From an uncultured archaeon (GTDB taxonomy: Archaea; Thermoplasmatota; Penumbrarchaeia; JASLWR01), in assembly GCA_964430885.1 (NCBI GenBank), contig CAYSHM010000001.1:32001-96000 (forward strand): a DNA stretch of 64,000 nt, read 5' to 3'. The notes under the pieces are model-generated. The model did not search any database, was not told the origin of the DNA, and was given only the letters and a program-made list of their open reading frames with translations. The position numbers and the translations under genes were made by a program. Positions 9,821 to 19,196 of this stretch are shown here, in pieces. How positions within the stretch are numbered: the first letter of the stretch is position 1; each line of letters opens with the position of its first letter.

Positions 9821-11428
9821 ATGATGAAAGGATCAAAGAAAAAGATGTGTCTGGCCTTCGGCTTGATATTAATTATATCATTGTTCTCCCTGGCACCTAT
9901 GGCCTCAGCCGAGGTACCCGAGCTCAATGAGGGGATGGTGGGGTGCCAATCCTTGGATATTGATTTCACGGATATTGTGGACGAAAAAGAATTGAATGGA
10001 ATGATAGACGATCTGATAAAGGATTACTCGTTATTCTTCAATGGAGGAAGCGTGGATGCGGATGTGGATTTCAACGGCGGCGGTCTGGGATTTTATCTCA
10101 TGAACGAGGTGGTCTCCGCACAGGCAAATGTTAACGGCGCGGATTGTTATCAGACCAGATGGTCAGCCTATTTTGCTTCTGGCTTAGATGTAGGTGCCGA
10201 CGCTTCAGTGGATATTCCCGCTGGTGGAGCAATGGCATCGCCTACCAAGGTGGATGCAGATGCCAAATTGGATTATTATGCAGAATTCGATTTCACCTTT
10301 GACCAGTGGTATACCAAGGATGCTATGGCCTTGGCAAAGATGGAGATGAAGTTCAAACCCAAGTTTGATGGTAATGTTGAAGCCAATGTAAATGCCAATG
10401 TTGATAATGTTAAGATTGATGCAAAGATAAAGGCTTCAGCCAAGACAAGCGGAATTGTTGGTACGGTAACCTTTGATTTTGATGAGCCTTTGGATCTATT
10501 GGATCTTCCTGTGGAAGAGAATGAGGAATGGGAAGCTAACATAAGTTTCACCGTAACAGCTTCCATCGTGGGGACCATAGAGGCAAACTACGATATCAGC
10601 GGTATTCCAGACCTCGAGGACCAGAAGGGTACAGAGACCATTGATCTTGCAGTTGAATCTGGCGGTGAGGTAAGTGAGCAGATTTCCGGTGAGGTACTCC
10701 GTTTCAGGTCCGGCGAGGGAAAACAATTTGAAATTGCTGACGGCACCACAACAACTGTGATACCCGTATACAGCGTTGATCTGGAGGAAGCCATGGAGGA
10801 ACTCTTCGAAGATGACTATTATGACGACTATTATGATTATTATGATACAAGGGCAGAATCCTATGAAGAGAGTAGTTCCTCCGACAATAAAGACGATTAT
10901 TATGAAGAGGAAGTTGAGTATGGATTATTATCTGGATTAGGAGATCCGATGGATTTCCTAGGTGATCTGGATGCCGAAGATTTCAAAATGGAATTCTACT
11001 TTGCCCCGTCTGAAGGTATGTTTGTTGGCTCCAATGTAGGTATGGAAGAAACAGCTTTGAAAAAATTTACACAGCAGGCCGGTATGGGGGATATCCTGAA
11101 TAACGTGGATATGGAAATGAAACCAGCAACCAAGGAAGAGGTCAATACCTTTAAGACCAGCAGGGGAGCGGATTACTATGCAATCTCAGGAACTGACGAT
11201 GAGGGTTCAGAAGGTGTGAACTGGATCCTTGTAATTGCGGGAATATTCCTTGCCATAATTGTTGTTGTGATAATATTGTTTATTTTGGTTAGGAAGAGGG
11301 CGTCTTCCGGTGAACCTGAACAGGATTATCAAAATATGGAGGACGATCCAGCAGGACTTTCCGAGGATGATGGAAGCGGATGGGATGAAGATCGGGACAC
11401 ATTCTCGGATTCGCCCCCTGAGTTATAG
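9821..11428 (+). CDS. Secreted, C-terminally membrane-anchored acidic surface protein of unknown function
   Basis: Signal peptide (KKKMCLAFGLILIISLFSLAPMASA), beta-rich acidic body, C-terminal TM + RKR, acidic tail. Start moved to ATG 9821. Confidence 0.8.
   Translation: MMKGSKKKMCLAFGLILIISLFSLAPMASAEVPELNEGMVGCQSLDIDFTDIVDEKELNGMIDDLIKDYSLFFNGGSVDADVDFNGGGLGFYLMNEVVSAQANVNGADCYQTRWSAYFASGLDVGADASVDIPAGGAMASPTKVDADAKLDYYAEFDFTFDQWYTKDAMALAKMEMKFKPKFDGNVEANVNANVDNVKIDAKIKASAKTSGIVGTVTFDFDEPLDLLDLPVEENEEWEANISFTVTASIVGTIEANYDISGIPDLEDQKGTETIDLAVESGGEVSEQISGEVLRFRSGEGKQFEIADGTTTTVIPVYSVDLEEAMEELFEDDYYDDYYDYYDTRAESYEESSSSDNKDDYYEEEVEYGLLSGLGDPMDFLGDLDAEDFKMEFYFAPSEGMFVGSNVGMEETALKKFTQQAGMGDILNNVDMEMKPATKEEVNTFKTSRGADYYAISGTDDEGSEGVNWILVIAGIFLAIIVVVIILFILVRKRASSGEPEQDYQNMEDDPAGLSEDDGSGWDEDRDTFSDSPPEL
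10811..10846 (+). repeat. Short in-frame tandem repeat encoding DDYYDDYYDYYD
   Basis: gatgactattatgacgactattatgattattatgat. Confidence 0.7.
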
Positions 11429-11456
11429 GTTGATATTGATTGGTTTTTAATTATTT

Positions 11457-11483
11457 AAGAGGGGAATTCCCCTCTTTTTTTTT
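11457..11483 (+). terminator. Hairpin + poly(T) intrinsic terminator
   Basis: Perfect 20-bp palindrome AAGAGGGGAATTCCCCTCTT running into a T tract, about 30 bp after the stop at 11428. Confidence 0.75.
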
Positions 11484-11493
11484 ATTAGTTGAA

Positions 11494-12267
11494 ATGGTGG
11501 TTAATCTGAGATTATTATACAAGATCCTGATTGGTGTGGGTTCGGTTTTTGTAATATTCATAGCCTATTATCTAATAGTGGATATATATGTCAACCAAAC
11601 CAAGGACAGCTATCATGGGAACAATCCTCCGAGAGCCTATATAGACGGTCCCCAGCAGGTCTATTACAATCAAATGGTTACCTACAATGCCAATGATTCA
11701 TATGATGACGACGGTGATGAGCTGACCTATACTTGGGAGTTCTATGACGGGACAAATATGACTGGAAAGGTAGTAGAATATACTTTCACAGAGTATTACG
11801 GCAATGTTGAGAATGATACGCATAGAATAACCCTTACCGTGTCAGATGGTGAGAATGAGGATTTTCATGACCTGTTTGTTACAGTAATTCTCCATCCTGA
11901 CTCAAAGGCTCCCAGTGTTGATCTGAGATGTGATTCAACCAGTATTCCCGGATTGCCGAAATTATACATTGTAGAGGTTATTTTTGTCAGCCAGGGCGAT
12001 GCAGATATCAGCCATATTTCCTATAGTCTTCTTTCTGGTACTAACGGGGCGACATTGGCAGGTGGTATGAACTCTACAGTTGGCTCCATTGATAAGGCCC
12101 CAATTGACTCGCCTGTTCGATATGTCAATAATTATGATGCCGATATGGAGATGAATGAATACTTCTCAATAGATTCAGAAGCGTTGAGTGCCAAAGAAGG
12201 TGATGAGTTCTTTCTATATCACATCCCCACCGGAATTAAGATTGGATACTGTCAGTTGATAGGATGA
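11494..12267 (+). CDS. Membrane-anchored PKD domain protein
   Basis: N-terminal TM, then NNPPRA...SYDDDGDELTYTWEFYDG...ITLTVSDG PKD signature. Start moved to ATG 11494, downstream of the terminator. Confidence 0.85.
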   Translation: MVVNLRLLYKILIGVGSVFVIFIAYYLIVDIYVNQTKDSYHGNNPPRAYIDGPQQVYYNQMVTYNANDSYDDDGDELTYTWEFYDGTNMTGKVVEYTFTEYYGNVENDTHRITLTVSDGENEDFHDLFVTVILHPDSKAPSVDLRCDSTSIPGLPKLYIVEVIFVSQGDADISHISYSLLSGTNGATLAGGMNSTVGSIDKAPIDSPVRYVNNYDADMEMNEYFSIDSEALSAKEGDEFFLYHIPTGIKIGYCQLIG

Positions 12268-12325
12268 ATATATTTGGCGGAATTGTCCCCACCAATCACC
12301 CACACACATTCACTCCCTTACTTAG

Positions 12326-13696
12326 CTATATATTCATTTTAGTATTGTAGAAATCCAGCATTTTTCCGCTGATCTTTGAGCAGGAAAACTCACTTCTAAT
12401 TCTATTGACGGCATTATTACCAATTTTTCTTTTTATATCAGGATTGTCCAGTAGAAATATTATCTTTTCTTTGAACTCATCGACATTACGTTTCATGGAT
12501 TCTATTCTGTTCAATGATTTTTTAATTCTTTTTTCGTTATTGAAATTCCTATCGATTTCCCGTTCTACGGGATTTTCAACTAGAAGTCCTGATTTTTCAT
12601 TCTCTATGTAATGCCTTATCTCACCCACACTATCAGCTACCACAGCTTGACCCAAATACATGAGATCCACGAGTTTAGCCGAGCACTTTGCCATTGTAAT
12701 ATTGTTTTTATCCATTGGCACCATTGAAATACTGGACCGCTTAAATACCTCTTCCATTTTGAAAGGAGATATCCTACCTGTGAAATGAAAACAGTCTTTC
12801 CCCAGATGCTTCTTCAAACGTTTTTCCAATGTTTTCTCTTCACCGTTGCCTCCGGCCCCCACGATCAGGAAACTTGTTTTTTGCCGTTCTTTTTGGATTT
12901 CTTTTATTATTCTTTCGGCTCTATCAATATCATGATCCCTGAATCTTGTAAATAAAGAGACAGTATCATCCTTTTCAAATTTTTTTAAGATCCCCTTGTG
13001 ATTTTTTCTTTCTTTATTTTCATTCTCTTCATCATCAATTTTTATTATACCTTTCATATCTGAAATAACTTTATCGGGAACCCAGTTCTCTTTTTTGAAT
13101 ATGGGATTGGCGCAATTGGGTATATGGGCGATATTATCCTTTTGGATGCCGGCTGATTGAAAATGATAATTCAGGAAACTACTTGCTACACTGACTCCTT
13201 TGACCATCCGCGGTATCAGCCTCTCTTGCATTTGAAATACCAATTTCCATGAGAGTGGATAATCCATAATGTCATTCATACCGCCAAAACCCTCCAGGTC
13301 ATCAGCATCCAAAAATAATCCCTTTGAATGTTTTTTATCCCTACCGTTTAATTTTTCACTGATGCTTTCGGCTATTGAGCATATTCCACCGTATCCTTTT
13401 GGTTTGAAAAGATGGATCACATCAGGGGTTGTGGAATCGATCTCCCGTTTAAGATTGAGACAGTCTTTTAAGTAATTCATGGGTCCGTTTTTATTACCTA
13501 AGGTGCTCATGGGAATACTGCGTAAATTGATACACCCTTTGTAAATTTCCCAATGTGAATCGATAGTTTCATTCTGAGGCATTAATATTTCAACAGAATG
13601 ATTTCTCCGGGCGATGCCCAAACCCAGTGGGAGTATTCGTGATATTACAGTACCTTTTGGGTATATCGAGAAAGGGGCTACCATAGTGATTTTCAT
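12326..13696 (-). CDS. Glycosyltransferase family 4 (GT-B)
   Basis: MKITMVAP start, PDVIH, IPN, FTGRI, KLVDLMYLGQAVVADSVG...IENEKSGLLV motifs. Confidence 0.85.
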   Translation of the reverse strand: MKITMVAPFSIYPKGTVISRILPLGLGIARRNHSVEILMPQNETIDSHWEIYKGCINLRSIPMSTLGNKNGPMNYLKDCLNLKREIDSTTPDVIHLFKPKGYGGICSIAESISEKLNGRDKKHSKGLFLDADDLEGFGGMNDIMDYPLSWKLVFQMQERLIPRMVKGVSVASSFLNYHFQSAGIQKDNIAHIPNCANPIFKKENWVPDKVISDMKGIIKIDDEENENKERKNHKGILKKFEKDDTVSLFTRFRDHDIDRAERIIKEIQKERQKTSFLIVGAGGNGEEKTLEKRLKKHLGKDCFHFTGRISPFKMEEVFKRSSISMVPMDKNNITMAKCSAKLVDLMYLGQAVVADSVGEIRHYIENEKSGLLVENPVEREIDRNFNNEKRIKKSLNRIESMKRNVDEFKEKIIFLLDNPDIKRKIGNNAVNRIRSEFSCSKISGKMLDFYNTKMNI

Positions 13697-13726
13697 ATGA
13701 TAGGTCTCCAAGGAAATTTATTTCAA

Positions 13727-14626
13727 TTAATTTCTATTCCTTAGTATCTCATTAATTTTTTCTTTATCACCTAGACCGAAGTTGTATTTCCTTTGTCTTG
13801 ATAGGTCGAACTCCAGTATTTTTTTCTTAAATTTTGACTCTAAGGGGATACCCAGGGCCGAACAGATCATTTCAATATTTTTTAAAGGCTCTTCTATCAA
13901 TTCTTCCATGTTCATCTCAAGCAATACTTCTTCAGGGATCTGTTCCAGAATATCTTTTATTCCATTCCACGAATCAACATACCAAATGGAGCATTCCCCT
14001 GCATCTCCCGGACACCATACACTGTCCATCATGCTCCCGATTACCTGAGTAGGTTCCCTTATCATGTGCAAAAGTACAGATTCCGGAAATAATTCATTTA
14101 GAATGGAGGCATAGAACATGTTGTAGGTTCCGTCATCAACATATACGGCAGTCTCCCTGTTCAGTCCTCGCTCTTCCACAACATCATTCAGCATCTTGAG
14201 GAAAAATTTTCTTATTGCGATCCTGACTTTTTCAGTTTTGGGGCTGACATAAGGAATACTGCCTTTTTCCGGCATCCAATCCCAGAATCCCTCAAAGCTG
14301 AATGTTTCCAATTCCTTCAGAAATTCATCCACTCTAAAATAGTATTTGGGGAAGGCATCATTTGAAAGGTTCCAGCCCTGGTATCGACCTTCTTTACCTT
14401 TTTCACCAAGATTGTAAAGAAATTTCTTCATCCGCTGGAATCTTATGTGGATCTTTTGAGGCGTCCAGTATTCCTTAACATTTCTGTAGAATTCACAAAG
14501 TCCATCCTCATCGATGAGAAGCCGAATTTCGAAGGGAAATGAGAATGTATCGGGGTGTAAATCCATAAGATACTTTGTTACATTCGTCCCGCATCTGCCG
14601 GTTCCGCCTATGAATAACATTTTCAT
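13727..14626 (-). CDS. PAPS-dependent sulfotransferase family protein
   Basis: 5'-PSB loop FIGGTGRCGTN...HPD and 3'-PB HMIREPTQVIGS. Confidence 0.85.
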   Translation of the reverse strand: MKMLFIGGTGRCGTNVTKYLMDLHPDTFSFPFEIRLLIDEDGLCEFYRNVKEYWTPQKIHIRFQRMKKFLYNLGEKGKEGRYQGWNLSNDAFPKYYFRVDEFLKELETFSFEGFWDWMPEKGSIPYVSPKTEKVRIAIRKFFLKMLNDVVEERGLNRETAVYVDDGTYNMFYASILNELFPESVLLHMIREPTQVIGSMMDSVWCPGDAGECSIWYVDSWNGIKDILEQIPEEVLLEMNMEELIEEPLKNIEMICSALGIPLESKFKKKILEFDLSRQRKYNFGLGDKEKINEILRNRN

Positions 14627-14752
14627 GATGTGTCAACCCCATGTTGTTCTGGAAAAGCTATAATGAGATAGGGAATTAATAAGGATGACTGTAGAATTAG
14701 AAGAAATTTTCTTGGTGAGGAGAAATATATATGCAGAATATTATTGAAAAAG

Positions 14753-14827
14753 TGCTCCCGCCGGGATTTGAACCCGGGTAGCTGGCTCGAAAGGCCAGAA
14801 TGATTGGCCGGACTACACCACGGGAGC
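14753..14827 (-). tRNA. tRNA-Glu(TTC), intronless, CCA not encoded
   Basis: GCTCCCG acceptor stem pairs with CGGGAGC-A; anticodon arm CTGGC-CT-TTC-GA-GCCAG; T-arm CCGGG-TTCAAAT-CCCGG. Confidence 0.97.
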
Positions 14828-14856
14828 AATTGATATTCAACCTTACTTTTACTGCA

Positions 14857-14870
14857 GGTTAAATTCTTCC
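14857..14870 (-). promoter_or_regulatory. Probable tRNA promoter (BRE/TATA)
   Basis: GGAAGAA-TTTAACC on the minus strand, about 30-40 bp upstream of the tRNA 5' end. Confidence 0.45.
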
Positions 14871-15037
14871 TGCTAATCACCCAGAATAATATTTCTATAT
14901 TTCGGTTGTTTTTTCCTTTATACTGGTTAGATGAATTGTATAGAATGTAGTTTCGAAAATTCCAAGAAGCGTTGGAGGGCTTCCTAAAATAAATTGGATA
15001 AAAAATAATAAATCACTTGACCACGGTTCTATCGAGC

Positions 15038-16042
15038 ATGGAAAGAAAAGCGTGTTGGAGCATGATTATGATACCTTTATTTTTATTCATATTGGTCTTA
15101 TGTTCTATTCCAACCTCAAAGGCCACCCCCATCAGATCAGAGACCCATTTAAATAAGCTTTTCGGGGATGATGCTGATTATGATGACCAGATGTCATTTA
15201 CCATATTATCTGGAGTTTTTATCATTGTAGGAGGAATAATTTCAACCTTCATCAAAAAGGATGTGAGCAAGAGAAATATGAGCGATAAGAAATGGATGGT
15301 TCTCTTAGCCTTAACCGTAATACTGGCACCAGTGATAGATATTTATCTCATTGTAAATTATGAACTCACATCATTCATAAGCGTTTCACTCCTCGGTCTG
15401 ACATATTTTGTTTTCTTTGCGCCATATATCTATTTCAAACGCCGCTCTCTGCTTATTGTCGATCAGGTTCCCGCAGAGTTCATGGTTCGGCTTACGGCGG
15501 CATACAGGGATATTCTTGCTTTCGGAGTTTTTCTTTCAGGGCTTGTTCTAATGATCATGAGCATCTACAATTTTGCCATCAATGAGAAGATAATGGGGAA
15601 GGTCCTGTTTTCTGTATCCATACCGTTGATTATTGCAGGGAGCATTCTTATTTGGCTCTGGTTCTCCATGGATAAGATATCCATATCGACCAGGGAGATC
15701 CAGATATACAGACAGAGAAAAGCAAATATCATTACTTGGGGGAAGGCCAAGAAGATAATTTTTTACCAGCAGTCTGCCCCTCTCTTCACCCTTCATTTAC
15801 CTGGTTATCGAAAGAAAATGGGACCCAAAGGCGCAGAAAGGGTTGTTGAGATAATATCAAAGAATCACATACTCAAGATAAAGGAAAGTGATATTCCAAG
15901 TGAACAGGATTTCAGGCTTCTGTTCTTCATTCTTCTATACCATCGAAAGCGTTCCAATCCGGAATGCAGGGTGGAATTCAAAGGCAGATGGGCTAGGTCG
16001 TGGTATGGAGATTATAGAAAACACATATCCAATTCAAATTGA
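15038..16042 (+). CDS. Hypothetical membrane protein with possible C-terminal PH-like domain
   Basis: Signal-like N-terminus, about five TMs, then ISISTREIQI...ITWGKAKKI resembling bacterial PH domains; start uncertain. Confidence 0.65.
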   Translation: MERKACWSMIMIPLFLFILVLCSIPTSKATPIRSETHLNKLFGDDADYDDQMSFTILSGVFIIVGGIISTFIKKDVSKRNMSDKKWMVLLALTVILAPVIDIYLIVNYELTSFISVSLLGLTYFVFFAPYIYFKRRSLLIVDQVPAEFMVRLTAAYRDILAFGVFLSGLVLMIMSIYNFAINEKIMGKVLFSVSIPLIIAGSILIWLWFSMDKISISTREIQIYRQRKANIITWGKAKKIIFYQQSAPLFTLHLPGYRKKMGPKGAERVVEIISKNHILKIKESDIPSEQDFRLLFFILLYHRKRSNPECRVEFKGRWARSWYGDYRKHISNSN

Positions 16043-16149
16043 ACTGTCGGCCATTTTTCCTCCTGCCCGCTTTAAAATTTTTAAAAAATAAAATATTAAG
16101 TTTTGGTAAAGAAAGAATTATTAACATCTTATAATATCTTTCTCGGTAT

Positions 16150-17343
16150 ATGAAAGCAATATTTGATGGTCTATCGACACCTGATATTTTCAAGGATCAG
16201 TCAAAATTGGATTTTGATTATGTTCCAGATGAACTTCTTTACAGGGATGAAGAAGCAAAGACATTGGTCAATTTGTTAAGGCCTATGCTCAAGAAGGACC
16301 TATCGCAAAACATAATGCTGACTGGATCAGTGGGAACGGGTAAGACTGCCCTGGTAAAACGATTTTGCTTGGACATTCTTGATGTGGCTGTTGAGCGCAA
16401 TATTATTTTAGAATATATTCATGTCAACTGCAGAAGACGCAGAAGCGAAAGTATGGTCATGTTTGAGATCATCAAGCATTTTCAGCCCAATTTTCCTGAT
16501 CGCGGTTTCAATGTCAACGAGATCCAAAGACTTGTTAAAAAACATATCAAATCCAGAAAAGGATGTAAATTGTTAATAGTCCTTGATGAAGTGGATGCTT
16601 TAATAAATAACAGCGGGTGCGATCTGCTGTATTCATTGACACGTTTCAACGAGGAGGATATTTATCTTAAAGGGAGTATCTCACTGATATTGATATCCCA
16701 AAAGGATATAGTAAACCTCTTGGATGATGCTACAAGATCCACTGTTAAAAGATCGAATCAAGTAAGGCTGGAGAAATACAACAAGAGGCAATTATGGGGC
16801 ATTATCGAAAAACGTGTTGATTTGGCTTTCCATGACGGAGTGGTGGAAATGGAGGTGCCCGAGCTGATAGGTGAGATTGCTTCCGAATGGGGTGATGCTA
16901 GATATGCTATTGAACTCCTGGAAACTGGAGGAATGTTCGCCCAGAGAGAAGGGTCTAAGTATGTCAATGCGGAGCATGTAAGAGCAGCTAGAGCTTCCAC
17001 TTATCAGAAGATCAGCAGGGACAGGTTATTGACGCTGCCTCTACATCAAAAATTGACTCTCTTAGCAGTAGCACGCGGTCTGGTTAAAAGCACCTATATA
17101 TCCACTGGAGATGTGGAAGGACTGTACCGAATTGTATGTGAGGAATACCAACAGGAATCCCGGCAATATACTCAGTACTGGAAGTATATTAATAATCTTA
17201 TCAATGAAGGTATGATAGATGCCCGAATGGTCTCCGAAGGAATCAGGGGCAGGACGAGACATATCACCATATCCTCCGTTCCAGTCAAGGTGCTGATAAA
17301 GGAACTGGAACCTCTAATTAGATCGGATATATCCAAGAATTAA
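16150..17343 (+). CDS. cdc6: Orc1/Cdc6 replication initiator
   Basis: YVPDELLYRDEE, Walker A GSVGTGKT, Walker B IVLDEVD, sensor-2 GDARYAIELL, winged-helix GIRGRTR. Confidence 0.96.
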   Translation: MKAIFDGLSTPDIFKDQSKLDFDYVPDELLYRDEEAKTLVNLLRPMLKKDLSQNIMLTGSVGTGKTALVKRFCLDILDVAVERNIILEYIHVNCRRRRSESMVMFEIIKHFQPNFPDRGFNVNEIQRLVKKHIKSRKGCKLLIVLDEVDALINNSGCDLLYSLTRFNEEDIYLKGSISLILISQKDIVNLLDDATRSTVKRSNQVRLEKYNKRQLWGIIEKRVDLAFHDGVVEMEVPELIGEIASEWGDARYAIELLETGGMFAQREGSKYVNAEHVRAARASTYQKISRDRLLTLPLHQKLTLLAVARGLVKSTYISTGDVEGLYRIVCEEYQQESRQYTQYWKYINNLINEGMIDARMVSEGIRGRTRHITISSVPVKVLIKELEPLIRSDISKN

Positions 17344-17365
17344 AAATTAACCCCTTTGGTGTGAA

Positions 17366-18091
17366 TTGATGCTTTTATGTAAGATAAAGACAGGAATCCT
17401 AAAGGATTTTTTCAGGGCCATACCTGTTATTGATGAGTTCTGTATCATATCCATCACCAGAGGAAAATTGAATCTATCGGCCTCTAGTTCAGAGGATAAT
17501 CTTTTTGTCAAAGGAATCATTCCCGGGGAAAGTTTCGATTATTTGATGGCCAATGATCTAGAGTTTGCTATAAATCTTATTAAATTAAAGAATTTCATTG
17601 ATGGAGCATTCACAGGTACCTCCATTGAGATATCTATGTCTACCAAGGATGCCCTTCTGAATATTTCCACATCTCATATAGAGCGCCAATTCAACTGTCT
17701 GCATCCTGAAAATGTTGAACAGAGCAATATGGATATTCCATCTTATAAAATAGAATCCTGGGTAGTGGGCGGAAAGGATTTATCAGTCATTATCGGGGCA
17801 CTTTCTCAAATAGACAGCGATTCCTTTTTTGAATTAAGGGAAGGCGGTGTCATTTTTTCTTCTTTCAATGAGACTGATAGGGTGATTATTTCGGAGGAAT
17901 ATCAAGGTGATCTCCATGAAACTATAGGAATATTCGTCTCAACAAAACATTTGGGGCTTGTCAAGGATCATATCGGTATTAGGGACAGTGTCGGCCTGCA
18001 GCCATCCAATAAATCACCACTCCACGTTAGAGTTGATATTCCATCAGGATGCAAGGTTCATTATCTGATACCAAGATTGGGGAACCAGTAG
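17366..18091 (+). CDS. Highly divergent PCNA (sliding clamp)-like protein
   Basis: 241 aa, PCNA-like length and pattern: LKDFFRAI..IDE, ESFDYL....EFAINLIKLK, IDCL-like DIP, SPLHV, C-terminal VHYLIPRL (cf. YLLAPRI). Many conserved positions are lost. Confidence 0.7.
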   Translation: MMLLCKIKTGILKDFFRAIPVIDEFCIISITRGKLNLSASSSEDNLFVKGIIPGESFDYLMANDLEFAINLIKLKNFIDGAFTGTSIEISMSTKDALLNISTSHIERQFNCLHPENVEQSNMDIPSYKIESWVVGGKDLSVIIGALSQIDSDSFFELREGGVIFSSFNETDRVIISEEYQGDLHETIGIFVSTKHLGLVKDHIGIRDSVGLQPSNKSPLHVRVDIPSGCKVHYLIPRLGNQ

Positions 18092-18093
18092 TG

Positions 18094-19164
18094 TTATATG
18101 TGGGTCAGGCCGGCGCCTTTGGTATCGATAGACGTCTCGAAGACGTGCCCTCTGTTTTTCAGTATATTCAAGGATTTCAAGTATTTCTCCTCCTTTCTGC
18201 TTACATCATTTTCAAATACAGCAAAAACAGAATTTCCCAGCATACACATGGAAGCTTTTACTCTCAATTCATCCAATTCGTCACAGATATATTTTATCTC
18301 ATTTTTCATGAGTCCCGCATTCTCGGCAAAATACCTTGAAAGTTCAGTCATTTTCTTAATATTCTTTTCCTTGAGAAGTTTATCCAAAAGGTTTTTTCCA
18401 GCTTCATTGATCTTATCTTCCATGTTTTTGTCGTATATTATTTCACTGGTCTTGATGGGTTCACCCACAACACACAGTAGTATTGGATTATTGTATTGAT
18501 AACAATGGACCTTTCCGTAAGGATCCAATCCAGGTCTTTCTCTTATTGTGAATCCGCCTTTAATCTGTGCAGGAATATCACCCAGTCCAGTACCAGATCT
18601 GACCTCAGTCATATGGGCAAGAAAATGAAGGTCACTTATCTCCAGGGGCGAACCCAGGGCCGAATTCAATGCCAGTGCCTGACTAAGAAGGCCGCCTCCG
18701 CTCATTCCGAATCCCTGTGATTGGGGAAGTTGGAATTCAGATCGGATATCCAATAGGTATTTTCCGCACCAGCAAACTCCAGTTGATAGTGATAATGATT
18801 TCAGGAATGGATCTAATTTTCCTCTTGAATGAGCCATCTTTATTAATTGTTCTATCAGAATATATGTAGGTTTGAAATCATCATTTCTTTCAGATTCGGG
18901 CCGAGATTGAAAGATGTAATGAAGATCTGGTCTTACAACAGTCGTCCTTATTAGGTCATTTTTAATTTTATCTATCACTTTCAACTCAACTTTGGTTAGA
19001 ACTCCGTATGAAGTGTTGAATCCGGACCCCCTTGACCCGACTTTCCTATAATCACTGTTTGTCTTATCGATTACAAAGAATCCGGTTATATGTCCGGGAC
19101 AGAAGGCTTCTGCTGTAGTAACTGTCTCTATAAGGAAATATTTATTATCCAATATTCTACACAT
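18094..19164 (-). CDS. pok: Archaeal pantoate kinase (GHMP family)
   Basis: FCPGHITGFF, GSRGSGF, GFGMSGG, EVRSGTGLGD, SMCMLGNSVFA; directly downstream of coaBC. Confidence 0.92.
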   Translation of the reverse strand: MCRILDNKYFLIETVTTAEAFCPGHITGFFVIDKTNSDYRKVGSRGSGFNTSYGVLTKVELKVIDKIKNDLIRTTVVRPDLHYIFQSRPESERNDDFKPTYILIEQLIKMAHSRGKLDPFLKSLSLSTGVCWCGKYLLDIRSEFQLPQSQGFGMSGGGLLSQALALNSALGSPLEISDLHFLAHMTEVRSGTGLGDIPAQIKGGFTIRERPGLDPYGKVHCYQYNNPILLCVVGEPIKTSEIIYDKNMEDKINEAGKNLLDKLLKEKNIKKMTELSRYFAENAGLMKNEIKYICDELDELRVKASMCMLGNSVFAVFENDVSRKEEKYLKSLNILKNRGHVFETSIDTKGAGLTHI

Positions 19165-19196
19165 CCATTTTTGCTATAATTCCTGGATATGCGTTC

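Noticed and set aside
12268-14760. attL/attR duplication of the tRNA-Glu 3' end bounding an integrated element
   Set aside because: No second copy of the tRNA 3' sequence found by eye and no recombinase.
14623-14880. 85-aa ORF spanning the tRNA
   Set aside because: Overlaps a confident tRNA-Glu gene on the same strand; spurious.
16043-16149. Replication origin directly upstream of cdc6
   Set aside because: Only about 100 bp, AT-rich, with no ORB or G-string motif visible.
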